Source of the DNA: Saprolegnia diclina VS20
Lineage: Eukaryota
Length of the DNA stretch: 37,439 nt
Reading direction: 5' to 3'
Assembly: GCF_000281045.1 (NCBI RefSeq)
Contig: NW_008246079.1
Location: 419,225 to 456,663 of the forward strand
In this document: positions 11,301-22,885 of the stretch, one piece after another
How the letters are laid out: every line of letters starts with the position of its first letter
Numbering within the stretch: the first letter of the stretch is position 1
The notes under the pieces: model-generated
The model's input: the letters and a program-made list of their open reading frames with translations, nothing else
The model's database searches: none
What the model was told of the DNA's origin: nothing
Position numbers and translations under genes: made by a program

Positions 11301-11700
11301 CCTCGCACGCGCGAATCCCCGCGTCAAATTCCTCGCGACGTTCCTCTCGCGCGTCAACCAGCACGAGGTGACGGTGGTCGCCAACAAGTTTGGCAACGTC
11401 CATCTGTACGGCTGCTGGTGGTACTGCAACAACCCGTCCATCATATCAGAGCTCACGCGCATGCGGCTCGAGATCCTCGGGACGGGCTTCACAGCGCAGC
11501 ACTCGGACGCGCGCGTGCTCGACCAGCTCATCTACAAGTGGAAGCATTTTCGGTCCATCTTGGAAGCGACGTTGACGCCGTTATATACGCAGCTGCTCTC
11601 GCACGGGTGGGTCGTCACGGACGACGACATTGGCCGTGATGTCACGCGTCTGCTTGGCAGCAGCTACGAAGCGTTCCTTGCCAAGCGACTGGAGGGATAA
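8328..11700 (+). CDS. Bifunctional fusion: mannitol dehydrogenase-family oxidoreductase (UxaB/UxuB-like) + uronate isomerase (Bh0493/UxaC-type amidohydrolase), 14 exons, about 914 aa
   Basis: Exons 8328-8396, 8445-8597, 8651-8837, 8890-9174, 9229-9419, 9466-9606, 9658-9772, 9818-9976, 10024-10126, 10177-10435, 10491-10644, 10685-10907, 10952-11203 and 11247-11700 sum to 2745 nt in frame. N-half motifs: GAGRFLR, VTEAGI, NTDN, NSMVDRIT, KLNIANATH. C-half motifs: IDVHTHLF, LTYHYLVAE, RSPLSEAC, GCWWY, QHSDARVLDQLIYKW. Confidence 0.85.
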
Positions 11701-11797
11701 GCGTCATAGCGCACACAATATCGTCCACAAGCATATATAAAAACGGAGTAAAAGCTACAAACGTCTCTAAGACGGCGGTGACGTCATATGACAACGT

Positions 11798-14003
11798 TTA
11801 GCCCGTGATGACGCGGACGCCGAGCATCGACACCTTGTGCGCGTCAACGTTGTCGGGCTGGCGAATGAACATCATGTTGGTCGGAATGCGCTGGTTTTCG
11901 GAAATCCACTGTACGAGAATCGGGTCAAACGTGCCTTCGACCGCGATCGCGTCAATCTGTGCACAATATTGTCATGCAAAATTCAAACATAGAGGCAACG
12001 TACGCGCAGCTTGGGGTACATGCAGTCAAAGACACCGACAATGTCTTCAAAGTCCGACGGCGGCTTGGTGCCCTTGGCGTACACGTGCACGATGCGAAGG
12101 TTGTCCGTGTGCTCGTTCCGGCGCACGTACAGAATAGCCTTGTTGAGGATCGTGAGCGAGAGGTGCTTGCAAAAGAAGATGATGGGCGGCTCGTTGATGG
12201 TCTTGATCGCACGCACGATCGTGCGCTTGCCAAGAAAGTTGTTGGGCGTCGACGCGTCCGTCGTCGTCGGCAGCAACGGCGGCATCACCACGCGCTCCGT
12301 GGTCGTCCACTGCGACGGGCACAGGCTCTTCATGACGAGCATGCACGCGCGGAGCACAAAGATGCGCTCGAGCATGAGCAGGATGAGCCCGGCGACCGAG
12401 AAGAAATAGAGCAAAAATACGATCGAGACGCGGGGGTCGCCGAGCATGATGCCAAAGAAGCCGACAAGACCCATCGCAAAGCCCACGAGACACTTCCACC
12501 TACGCATCCAAGACGCTAAGAAATGAGTGGGATGGAATGAATGTCGTCTACCAAGGAGTGTTGGTCTCGCGAGGCATGTCGCCGCGCTTGAGCTTGAAGA
12601 GCATGGCGCCGACAGAGAAGAGCACAAGGAGCCCGAGAAACGAGTACGAGTAGATGCTTGAGAGCATGGTCACGTTGCCCTCGAGGATCCAGACAAGGCT
12701 CGTCGCAATGACGAAGTACGAGAGAATGATGTAGTGGTTGGTGTGGCGCCACGAATTTTCGGCGAGGAAGAACTCTGGAAGAACACGGTCGGACGCGAGA
12801 CGCCGGACAAGACCCGTGATACCAACGTACGACGTCAGCACCGAGCCGGAGAGGACGATGAAGCCGTCGACGCTGAGCCAAATCTCAAACCAGCGGCCAA
12901 TCGTCGTGCGGGCCATGGACGCGAGCACAATGTCCGAGTTGGCGATCGTGCCGTTGATGCCGTACAGCGGCAGTACACAGAGGTTGAGGACCGAGAGCGC
13001 GAGGTTGAAGAAGGTGGAGAGATACCACATGTTCTAGATAACCATAAAAAATGTCCATAAATCCATGCAAAAATAAATAAAAAAGGACGTACGCGGATCA
13101 CGAGCTGAAAGACGCCGGGTTGCTGCTCTTCGACAAAGTTGGCCGCGGTTTCGAACCCCGTGACGCCGAGCATCGCCGACGAAAAGCCAAAGAAAAGCGC
13201 CGTGAACGGCGTGCCAAGCATCGTCGCACCGGCAACGTCCACGGACGGAAAGTCCGTCTCGAGATTGGCCCAGAAAATGCTCTGGTTCTGGAACGCGTAG
13301 ACAATCGATGCGACGACGAGGACCGCGAGCGTGATCGTGTGCGCAACGAAAATCGTGAGCGCGACCTTGGCCGACTCGGACATGCCGAGGACGTTGAGAA
13401 TGGCAAACGTTCCGAGAATGCCGGTCGCGCAGTGAATGTGGTTGAGGTCCTCGATCTGCTTGCGGAGGTAGTCGGACGCCGAGACGGCCGAGACGACACC
13501 GGTGGCGAGGTACGCAATGATGGCGAGCGCCGACGTGAGCGCGGCGACGCGTTTCGAGGTCGAGTTGAGCATGGTGTTGTACGAGCCGCCGTTGAGCGGG
13601 ATGGCCGAGACGACCTCGACGTAAATGAAGCGGAAGAGGTACATGACGCAGGCGACGAGGAGGTTGGCAAAGGGCGCAAACTTGCCGGCCTTGGAGGCGA
13701 CAATGCCGGACGAGTAGAGGCAGCTCGAGAGCACGTCGTTGCCGCTGATGCCCGTCGAGTACCACTCGGAGAGAAAGTGCTTGGGCGCGTGCATCTCTTG
13801 GTGGATGGCGGCGAGCTCTTCTGGCGCCGGGTGAAGGCGACCGGTCGCGTTGCCAAGACCCGGGTACACCCACGACGCTATAAGAATATGATAAGAGTGG
13901 TTTATGGATACGAGTAGAACGTACGGCCTCGCTTGGGCTCTTGGTCGACTTCGAACGTGAACCGGCGGCGCGGCCGGAGGTCGTCGGGGTAGTGGATTTC
14001 CAT
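11798..14003 (-). CDS. APC-superfamily amino acid permease (multi-exon)
   Basis: GISGNDVLSSCLYSSG, SAIPLNGGSY, GFSSAMLGVTGFETAANFVEEQ and LSGSVLTSYVG motifs. Many TM helices. The C-terminal cytosolic domain ends LGVRVITG-stop at 11798. Confidence 0.9.
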
Positions 14004-15166
14004 GGACGAGGCAAGTTGGTGACTGGCGCCGAAAGCAATCTTTGACACGCGGCTTTTGATTGGCCGAGCGTCAGGCCGGGTGATTCGAAGTCGCGGGGAA
14101 TCTTCGATTGACGTGGGAAATACGTGGCGGCCGAGGCGAGAAGAAGGGCAATCGCGGCGGTGGCACAACCTTTGTCAACAGGCCGCTTGTCCGCCCATGC
14201 CTCTTGTCTAGTCCATGCCTCCTACCTTGCACATGCAAGCTGCATACAAGGCGACGCGCAAAACCATGAACCATGCTAAAAGGTGTGACACGGCTTGCAC
14301 TTGCCGTGTGTGGCCAGCGGTGACGCAGTCTGTGGCCAGAATGGCGTGCGAACTCGAAACGCCATGACGGGCGACGTCACCCTTGGCATTATCAAGTATG
14401 CAAGGCTGTGCGGAGTGTACTGTGTGGTTTTGGTGTATGTACGTCAGCACGCGTGTCGGGCGCAGCTCGATGGCGGCGCCGCCGAGTGCTATTCGCTGAT
14501 GCGCGTTGCGTACAGCGACATGCTCTGCTATGGGCAATGCTGACGTGTGGTGATGGTGCATCTGGCGCGAGAAATGAAGCGCGGTGATAGCAACCGCCAT
14601 GTCGGCGTGCGTGTGGTGGGAAACGTGGGTGGGAAACTCGCGCGTGTCGTGAAAATCAGATCGAGGTGGGTGGCGTCGAAGTTCGAAGTGCGCCGGCCAC
14701 ATGCAGCCGAAGCTTCTTTGCACTTTGCGTTGGCGTGGCTGTCCGGTCCACTCCGGTGGACCTCGAAGATGTGGCTGCCACGTTTTCGATGTGCCATGGC
14801 GCTCGACCGCGGCTTTCTTGGATTCTTCATGGGTGTTGGGATCCCCGAGGAACCAAGGAATCTCAGCGCCACCTGGGCGTCGTCAATGAATGACGTCATT
14901 GCGCCGCTCCCCGGCGTTGTGAGTAAGCTTGGTTGTGCGGATGTATGGGCCTTTGACAGCGACGGCCACATCCACGGCCGCATCCCAACCAAGCTTGTCG
15001 TTCTTCCGCATCCTTTGTTTTTGTCAACTGTCTCGCTTGGGCCGTTCGACGGAATCACTGCATGGCGAGCATCAAGCAAGCGAGACAGCGCAACTTCGAG
15101 ACCAAATGTGAAGTTGCCAGATAGTATCTCATGTGCATCGAATCACATTTTGGTATGTTGGTAGCT

Positions 15167-15685
15167 TTAGCTGCAATGGACCGACGAACGTGCCCAGGCG
15201 GCGTACTTGTGCATGATGATGGACGCGGCGACCGTGACGTTGAGCGACGCGGTGCCACCACCGTATTGCGGAATGTACACAAACCCGTCGCAGATAGCCA
15301 CTTGAGCGTCCGAGAGGCCGCTGCCTTCGTTGCCGACCATAAAGGCCATCGGCGCTGCGGTAAACACATCCTTGTCGTTGACGCTCTTGGCGTTGTGGAG
15401 GATCTCGATGCCAACGATTTGCGTCAGCGGATTCCGCGTCTTGAGGAGGTTCCGGCACTCGACGAGCGTCGCGCAGCGTGTGATCGGAAAGGGCAGCTCG
15501 AACCCTGGCATCGTATCGTCGAATTGGAGCGCCGACTCGAAGCTGAGGAGCTTGTGGCCGACGACAAAGACCTCGACGACACCAAAGGCCGCCGCACTCA
15601 GAAGCAAGTCGCGGATGTTCTTGCGCTTCTGGATGTTGTTGACGATCCAGATCTGGCCGCGCGGCGGCGGATCGATCGCGCTCAT
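15167..15685 (-). CDS. SpoU/TrmH-family (SPOUT) RNA 2'-O-methyltransferase
   Basis: N-terminal NIQKRKNIRDLLLSAAAFG, plus MVGNEGSGLS and IPQYGGGTASLNVTVAASI, the SPOUT knot motifs. Confidence 0.9.
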   Translation of the reverse strand: MSAIDPPPRGQIWIVNNIQKRKNIRDLLLSAAAFGVVEVFVVGHKLLSFESALQFDDTMPGFELPFPITRCATLVECRNLLKTRNPLTQIVGIEILHNAKSVNDKDVFTAAPMAFMVGNEGSGLSDAQVAICDGFVYIPQYGGGTASLNVTVAASIIMHKYAAWARSSVHCS

Positions 15686-16186
15686 CGTCCCGGTGCTCGG
15701 ATGAGGCGCCAATCGATTCCACGGTGCTGCCGCCATGTAAAGTACGCTTTGCAGCATACAAAAAGCTTGTCAAATAGGCGCACTTGACGAGAGCAAGCCA
15801 TTTCAATAGGCTAAACGCACGCCATTTCAACGGGTCCATCGAGATGGAGCCGCTGTAGCACGCGCACCTTACTAGTTTGCTCTCTTCATGGTCACCTCGA
15901 TACGATTTTAAAGTGGCTGGAATGGTATGTTTCTGCATGTTGTTGCCGTGTCGTCCTGCGTGTAGTCTGCGCATCAGGTGCGATTGGACATTGAGGCGCG
16001 TGTTTCTAGTCTACGCTTGCCGTTACATCACTCACTTGATGCACTTGATGTTTGTATAGAGATGAGCAGGCGGAGAAGGACACTATATTATTATTCTACG
16101 ATTGAAATATACAATACAAAGAACGAGCGAGAGAGGAATAATTATATAAAACGAATAAAACTACACTCGACAAGGAGGAGAACAAA

Positions 16187-17375
16187 ATGAGCCAATCACA
16201 AGAGGCGAGCCAAATCCAAAGCGCTTCGAGGAGCATGGCGACAGACCGGGCAGCGCGGGCCTTCGGCAACACGGCCGAGTGGATCCATGCGACCAAGGTG
16301 CTAGCAACGACGCTGCGCGAGTTCGTGGAGCTCCAGACCAAGCACAAGGAAGAGCTGCGCGACTTTTCCGAGCAGGCGACCGCGCAGCTCGAGGCCGCGC
16401 AGCCAGCCTCGACGACGTACCATGGCAGCGGCCTCATCCTGGCACGCGTCTCGGCGCTCTTTGCCCAGGTCGCTAGCGCACAAGACGCCATGTGCGTCAA
16501 CTTGCCGTTGGACATTGACGAGCTCGAGCAAGAACTCCAGCGCCACATTGAGCGACTGCAGACGTTGCAGGCCGACGCGACCGAGCGCAACCGCATCTTT
16601 GAGGCGCTCAGTGATCGTGGATAGCATTCGCTCATGCACGCAATGACGTAGGCAACGAAGACGCAGTACCGCGCATCGCTCGACACGTTTGATGTCTTGT
16701 TCCAGTCGGCGGCCAAGGCGCTCGAAGCCGGCATGAACAAAGGCGGTATTGACCCCTATATCTTTGAGATCCTCGACTCGGACGACCGCGCCGAGATACG
16801 CACGGGCAAGGAGACCAAGGTTGTCGAGCAAATCGCGCACCAGATTCGCGCGTCCAAAGTCGCCAAGGCGAGCTGTGCCTCCCAGTACAAGGCCTTTCGC
16901 AAGATTGCCAGCGACTACATTCAGTCGCTCGAGTCGATCGAACTCAACCAGCAGGTCGCGTTCGCACCGCGAATATCTGAATCTCAAAATATCGTTTTCG
17001 TAGCAACTCGAGCAAGACTGCAGTCAGACCATTGCCAGTATTGTGCACAAGTTTATCGTGTGCTACATGTCGCTTATCAAAAACATGGAGGTACAAAGTG
17101 TGGACACCTTGTCGTCCTTCATGTCTTGTTAGTATGACACGAGACAGCTCAACGAGCGCATCGAAGAAGAGACGCAACGCACGATCGAGGACGAGCCGCT
17201 CACGCACCTCCTCGCAAAAGAGATCCACGCCGAGCTGCAAGCCATGGCGCCGCCGATGCCGGGGCCATTGGAGCTCGCGTACTTTCTCGAGCAGTTTGTA
17301 CCAAGTGCGTCCGTGCGACCGCTGCTCGTGCGCCATCAAGCCGCACGCCTCAACGTCTTTGCGCCGTCGTCCTAG
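16187..17375 (+). CDS. All-helical coiled-coil protein, possibly F-BAR-like (4 exons)
   Basis: Frames join through introns at about 16604-16651 (needs a GC donor), 16955-17003 and 17091-17132. Long amphipathic heptad helices throughout. The F-BAR assignment is by overall pattern only. Confidence 0.6.
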
Positions 17376-17416
17376 TCGATATTAGACTGTTAACCTAGTC
17401 GATACTAGACTGTTTA
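17371..17416. repeat. Imperfect 23-nt tandem duplication spanning the stop codon
   Basis: CCTAGTCGATATTAGACTGTTAA is followed by CCTAGTCGATACTAGACTGTTTA. Confidence 0.8.
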
Positions 17417-17527
17417 AACCTTGTCTATTGTTGGCTGGTCGTTGAAACCACTATGTCGTCGTCGTCTTGAGCGTTATCGCTGAAGGAGATCGAAATAGAC
17501 AGGACTGCTGGCAAATGAAGTGGTAGC

Positions 17528-19926
17528 ATGGGCAGCCATGCGTCTCGAGTCCTCCCAAAGAACCTCCTGCCCCACGGCACGAGCGGGCCGCAGCTCGTCG
17601 GCGCCAACAACCACAACAAGCGCCGGAAGGATGCCGTGTGGCAGTCGAGCATCCTCGCCTCGCTTTTTTGTGTCGAGCCGCCTCTGCAGCTCTCGGCCAT
17701 GTCGCTCGACATTCTACTACCCGCGACCGGCGCTGCGATCGCGTCCGGGCTCGACAAGCTCCTTATCTACGACGGGTCGATCTCGGCCGACGTCCTCGGT
17801 GTTGGTGACGTTGCTTTCCACGTCCACCCGATCGTGAACCGTGATGCAGCGACCATCAGCACCGAAGACGCACCGTCGCTCGTGCAGTTTATTCATGATC
17901 AAAAGGACGTCCGGAGCTTTGTGACGGACGAGGTGCTCATCAGCTGCGTCCGAGACATGCGGTCGCAGATCAACTATCCCCACGAAGGTATTCTAGCCCT
18001 ATCGATGGACATGTTGTGCACGATAACGTAGGCAACTTGTACATCCTCCGGTTTCTGATTCCAAAGGGCAGCCACATGGATGTTGTCGCCAAATCCGTGC
18101 TCGCAACCAACATTTCCGTGCAGGGCAAGGTCCGCGCACTCACCGTGTCGGTCGATGCAGAGTTGGCGCCTGGATCACGGACATCGAGCGCCAAGTGGCG
18201 CCCGGTGGCTTCTGTGCGGAGCTTTGGCCGGTCGATGCTTGACGAGCGCGTTGCGATCAGCGAAGACTGTGTCCGCATCATGCGCGCTAGCCCGTTTTTT
18301 GCAGACATTTCAAGCCGCGACCTCACGCAGCTCGCCGACCTCGGGACCATTTCGCTCGTGGACGCCAACGTGGTAGGACTCGCGTTCATGGTGCCATGGA
18401 CGCCATGGACGAATTAGCGCCTCATGGCCGAAGGCGAACTTGGTGGACGAGAAATGTCCATTCTGTTGGCAGGAACCATCGCCGTTCAAAAGATGGACCC
18501 GGTTCGATCCCCCACTCGCAGTAATATTGGATTTAATTTTTCAAAATGATCGAGTAGGTTCAAGGGACGCTACGGACTGTTGCTGTGCTCCACAGCGGCG
18601 CGTGCATTGGCGAAACCTCGTTTCTCGTCCATATGCCCCGTACGGCAACGCTCGTGACCGAAGCCACGTGCATGCTCATCAGCCTCGACGGCAGCTCCTT
18701 TCTGCGCTTTCTCCAGAACTTTCCGCAAGTCCACCGGAAATTGCAAGGCATGCTCTGCGAACGGTTTGTGCAAAACATTGCCGCCCAAGGTGGCGTGCCG
18801 TTCTTTCGCGCGATTCCGTTTGAGCATCTTCTCGCGTGGGCCCAGCACTGCTACATTGAAGACGGCGTGCCCGCCTTCCAGAGTGTGTTACGTACGTCGT
18901 TTTCATTTCAGACATGTTGTCTGTGTTCTGTGGACACCTTGTCGACGATGCCTCTGCCATGTAGCGATCGTCGGCACGCCCAAGTTTAGCATCCTCCTCT
19001 CGGGCAGCGTCGAGCATTTGCAAAGCGGGACACAAAAGACACTTGTCTCGACGACTGGGTACTTTGGCTCGTTTGGTCACGTGCCCTTGCCGCAGGCTGG
19101 TCCCTGGGGCAGCGAAGCGAGTACGACGACGCCGTGCGTCTTTCTTTCTTGCGACCAAGTCGCCACGGACCGGGTATTTGATCGGTCAGCCATTGCGGCC
19201 ATTCAGCTACGCCTGAGTCGACAAAAAATTGACGTTCTGCCGCTTCTCGACCTCCCAGACGCGCGCAAGGCGCTCCTCGAGTTTGCGGACGCTGAATTCA
19301 GCACCGAAAACCTCTTATTTATCCTCGCCGTGCAGCAGTTTAAGCTCTCGCCATCGCTCGAGCGCGCCATTAGCATCGGGAACGAGTACATTGATGATCG
19401 CGCGGCGCAGCAAGTGAACATTGAAGCCAAGATGCGCGAAGAAATTCTCTCGTCGCTGGCATTGCGCGTCCCAAGAAGCACCCGATCGTTGTTGCCGGTC
19501 CTTTTGCCGGCGTCACTGGCGACGCTCTTTGATAGCGCGTTTGACGAGATCTTGCGTCTCGTGCGCAAGGACACGCTACCGCGCTTCAAGAAGACGTCGC
19601 TGTTTGCGGACTTGCTCTCGGCGTACCCGCTCTTCCTGCACGAGTGTCGAAGCGCGCCGTCGCCGCCACCGCTCAATTCCAAACGTTCAGAAGTCAACAA
19701 TGTTCACCGCCGCTTCGCTGCCATTTTGAACCAAGTGCGCGACGATCGACGAAGGCGCCGAAAACTGCGCTCGATCAACCACCGACCGTCGTTGCTTGTA
19801 CGTCTTGGCCTTGGCGTGTTTTTTTTCAAACGTATGGCTCCTAGGAACCCCTTTTTGCGGCCGTTGCCCCCCATATGCCCCACGCCCCAACACTACCTCG
19901 GTAGTCCAACAAGAAATAGTCCTTAG
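17528..19926 (+). CDS. cNMP-binding (x2) + RGS domain protein, paralog A (multi-exon; 3' end 19904 or 19926 depending on the last intron)
   Basis: Starts MGSHAS. CNB-A reads SPFFADIS...LHSGACIGETSFLVHMPRTATL. CNB-B is degenerate (VPFFRAIP...GYFGSF). RGS motifs: FADAEFSTENLLF, EYIDDRAAQQVNI, LVRKDTLPRFKKTSLF. Confidence 0.85.
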
Positions 19927-20253
19927 TGTATAAACATCAACTTGAAAGACTTGGGTCTCCATTATCCTCGATCTCACCCCTTCACAGAGACCGGCGAACC
20001 AGACGCTGGTCCGTGTCGAGTTAGATCTGCTTGAACAACAAACATCCTGCCACACAAGTGTCGTAGCGAGGTATGATGTCGCTGCTGTCGCCAAAGACGA
20101 TGTTGATGCCGCCCGGTTCAAAACTGTTACCGCAGGAACCCTACCCCGCGCTCACAAGGGCGGTTTGTATGGCCTCGAAAACGACTTGGGGTTTGTATGG
20201 TGATGTCGGCCCGGCTAAAGTTAGCAGCATCTCAGGTTCGTTTCCGAGCGACG

Positions 20254-22396
20254 ATGGGCGGGACCTGCACGCGGATGGCGCTGAGCCAGCGACAAGACCT
20301 CTGGGGCTCGAGCCTCCTCTCGCCGCTCTTTGTGGAAGACGACATTGAGAGCCTCGGGACTTCGTCTGTGCCCCACACGGTGCTCCCGGGGTTCCCGATC
20401 ATTTCCGCGCGTACGAAAATCGCGCTCTTGTACGACGGCAAGATCACAGCGGTCGTGCCGCAGCTCGGGTCCGTCTCGTTCAACGTGAGCGCGACGAGCA
20501 AGTACTCTGGTGTCCACATTTTTGCCAAGGGCAACCTGACCGTCTCGCGCTTCTTCAAGGACCGCAACCGGGCGCCGAACGCGTCGAGCCAATTCACGAT
20601 CGACACGGAAGAGATGCTCGTGTCGACCAACGCGACGAAAGGATCGCACGAGTACCTCCTCCGCTTCTGCATGACCAAGACAAGCGGCAATGAAGTCGTC
20701 ATCAAGTCGTATCGCGCAACGTCGATCCAAGTGCTCGAGCGAAGCAAATTGCTCGTGCTCGAAAAACCGTCGAATGCCCTCGCATCCAATGTCTACTACC
20801 TCGTCAACAACGTCCTCAACTCGGACTCGCTCACGCTGCTCCGGTCCGTCTCGTTCTTCTCCGACATTGCCGACGAAAAGCTCCTTCGATTGGCCGACCT
20901 CTCAACCATTAGCGTTCTCGCACCGGGGTAGTCCTTCGATCTCGGACGATATTGACCAACATACTAGATGCGTCGTCTTCCGGGAGAACGACGAAGAAGG
21001 CTCCGAGATGTTTATTACGCTCGCAGGCGCGCTCGAAGTGAGCTCCAACCAAAGCGGCCAGTCGATCGTGCTCGCGACACTGCACGCGGGCTCGTGCTTT
21101 GGCGAGATGGCCCTCATGACACGCGTGCCCCGCGCAGCGACGATCAAGGTGCTCGACCATGCCATGCTCCTCTCGATCGAGAGAGATTTCTTTCTCCAGT
21201 TCCTCGACGACAACCCCGAGGTCGGATTTCAAATATCAAGATATCAACTTGATATGTCTCATCACATCAACGATTAGGTGCAAAACAAGCTACGGCATTT
21301 GCTGCAGGAACGCTTCATGAAGAAGGCCCTGTCGTCCAACATTGTGCCCTTCTTCCAAGCGATTGAACTGGACCGGCTCGTCGAACTCTCGCACCACTTT
21401 CTCGTCGAGGACACGATTTGCTCGGGCGATATCATTCTGACGCCCGAGACGTACGACACCAAGTTTTGCATCATCATCTGCGGCACGGTCGAGGCGAGCG
21501 ACGTGGCCGGCGAGTCCACAATGACGACCGTGCTCTCACCGGGGAGCTACTTTGGTACGTTTGCTCACTTCCCACACGCCTCGAACGTCCAACATACGGT
21601 CGTCGCCAAGACGCCGTGCGTCCTCTTCTCGTGCCCACGCGACGTGAGCACCCGCATCATTGGCACGTCGCCCGTCGCGTTGGCCGAGATTTACATTCGC
21701 TGGCTGCGCGACGCCGTCGAGCTCAAGCACGTCATGCAGCACCACAAGGCGCGCGACTTCTTCTTGGCGTTTTGCCGCGCCGAGTTTAGCGAAGAGAACG
21801 CGCTCTTCCTCATCGACCTCGACACGTACATGATGCTGACAAAGATGCTGCATATGCAATGACGCTGTAGGTACATGGGCATCCAGGCCATGGGCGCGCG
21901 GCGTGAGATGGCACAGTTCCTCTGCGAGACGTACATTAGCGAGACCGCGCCCAAGCAGGTCAATATTGACCACAATATGCGCGAGAGCATCATCAACCAA
22001 ATCGCGTCGCTCGGCGTCCGCGGCGTGGAAGACGAAATGGAGGTCGAGCTCACGGTCTTTGAGCCGGCGCGGTACGAGATCACGCGGCTCGTGACCAAGG
22101 ACAGCTTCCCGCGCTTCAAGCGCACCAAGTTCTTTACCGAGATGCTCGACGCGTTCGCTCCGTATTCGCATGCCCGCCACATCTCGCTCGCAGACGCGGT
22201 CAATCAGTTCAAGGAGAAGATCGTGCTGAGCCCGCGGGACGGCGCGCACGAGGGCGCGGGCGCGCTGTATGGGCGCTTTGAGAAGATCGTCGACACGGTC
22301 AACCTGCACAAGAACCGGCGGTCGACGCTCATGGGCGAGAGCCAGCCGATCGCGCGCGTGCGAAAATCCGTGTCCCGCATCCTCGCCGACCGGTGA
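20254..22396 (+). CDS. cNMP-binding (x2) + RGS domain protein, paralog B (4 exons)
   Basis: Starts MGGTCT. CNB-A reads VSFFSDI...LHAGSCFGEMALMTRVPRAATI. CNB-B is degenerate (VPFFQAI...PGSYFGTF). RGS motifs: FCRAEFSEENALF, TYISETAPKQVNI, LVTKDSFPRFKRTKFF. Confidence 0.9.
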
Positions 22397-22456
22397 AGGC
22401 AAGCGACCTGTACAGACCCACGTCGTATCGTATCAATGGCGTCAGCTGCTAGTTTA

Positions 22457-22885
22457 TTAGACGAGGTGCAATAACGTTTTCAAACACGCTTCGAGGTTGC
22501 CTTGGGCCTCGCGCAGCTTGCGCTCAGCAATCGCGGTCGGAAGGTTCATCTCGGCCGCCAAGAACGCAACGTCGTCCTTGGCGATCTTGACAGCGGCGAG
22601 CTCCTTCTCATGCGCGAGGGCCTCCTGCTTTTCGGCTTCTTCGGTCGCCTTGAGCGTCGAGAGAAGGTGCTTCATCGTGTTGACGTCGATCGCTTTTTCG
22701 TTCTCGTCGTCGTTGCCATCGAGCTTCTTCATCGCGCTCGTCTCCTCGGCCTTGGTCTTGTCCGACTCCTGGGCCTCCTCTTCTTCATCGTCGTCTTCCT
22801 CGCGCTCCGCATGCAAGGCGTCGTTGGCCGCAGGCTTCTCGGCGGGCGGCGCGTCGGCCTTCTTGGCGCTGGCAGCTTTGCTCAT
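22457..22885 (-). CDS. HYPK: Huntingtin-interacting protein K (NatA-associated chaperone)
   Basis: Acidic N-terminus and a C-terminal UBA-like domain EKELAAVKIAKDDVAFLAAEMNLPTAIAERKLREAQGNL. Confidence 0.85.
   Translation of the reverse strand: MSKAASAKKADAPPAEKPAANDALHAEREEDDDEEEEAQESDKTKAEETSAMKKLDGNDDENEKAIDVNTMKHLLSTLKATEEAEKQEALAHEKELAAVKIAKDDVAFLAAEMNLPTAIAERKLREAQGNLEACLKTLLHLV

Noticed and set aside
8328..11700. Bacterial contamination or a two-gene uxa operon
   Set aside because: Thirteen spliceosomal introns, host-like codon usage and a continuous spliced frame.
14208..15164. Several 60-205 aa ORFs between the permease and SpoU genes
   Set aside because: No recognisable motifs and no convincing splice model. 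A small spliced gene cannot be excluded.
17371..17416. Direct repeat as a CRISPR unit or transposon target-site duplication
   Set aside because: Only two abutting copies with no spacer or intervening element. Simple slippage duplication.
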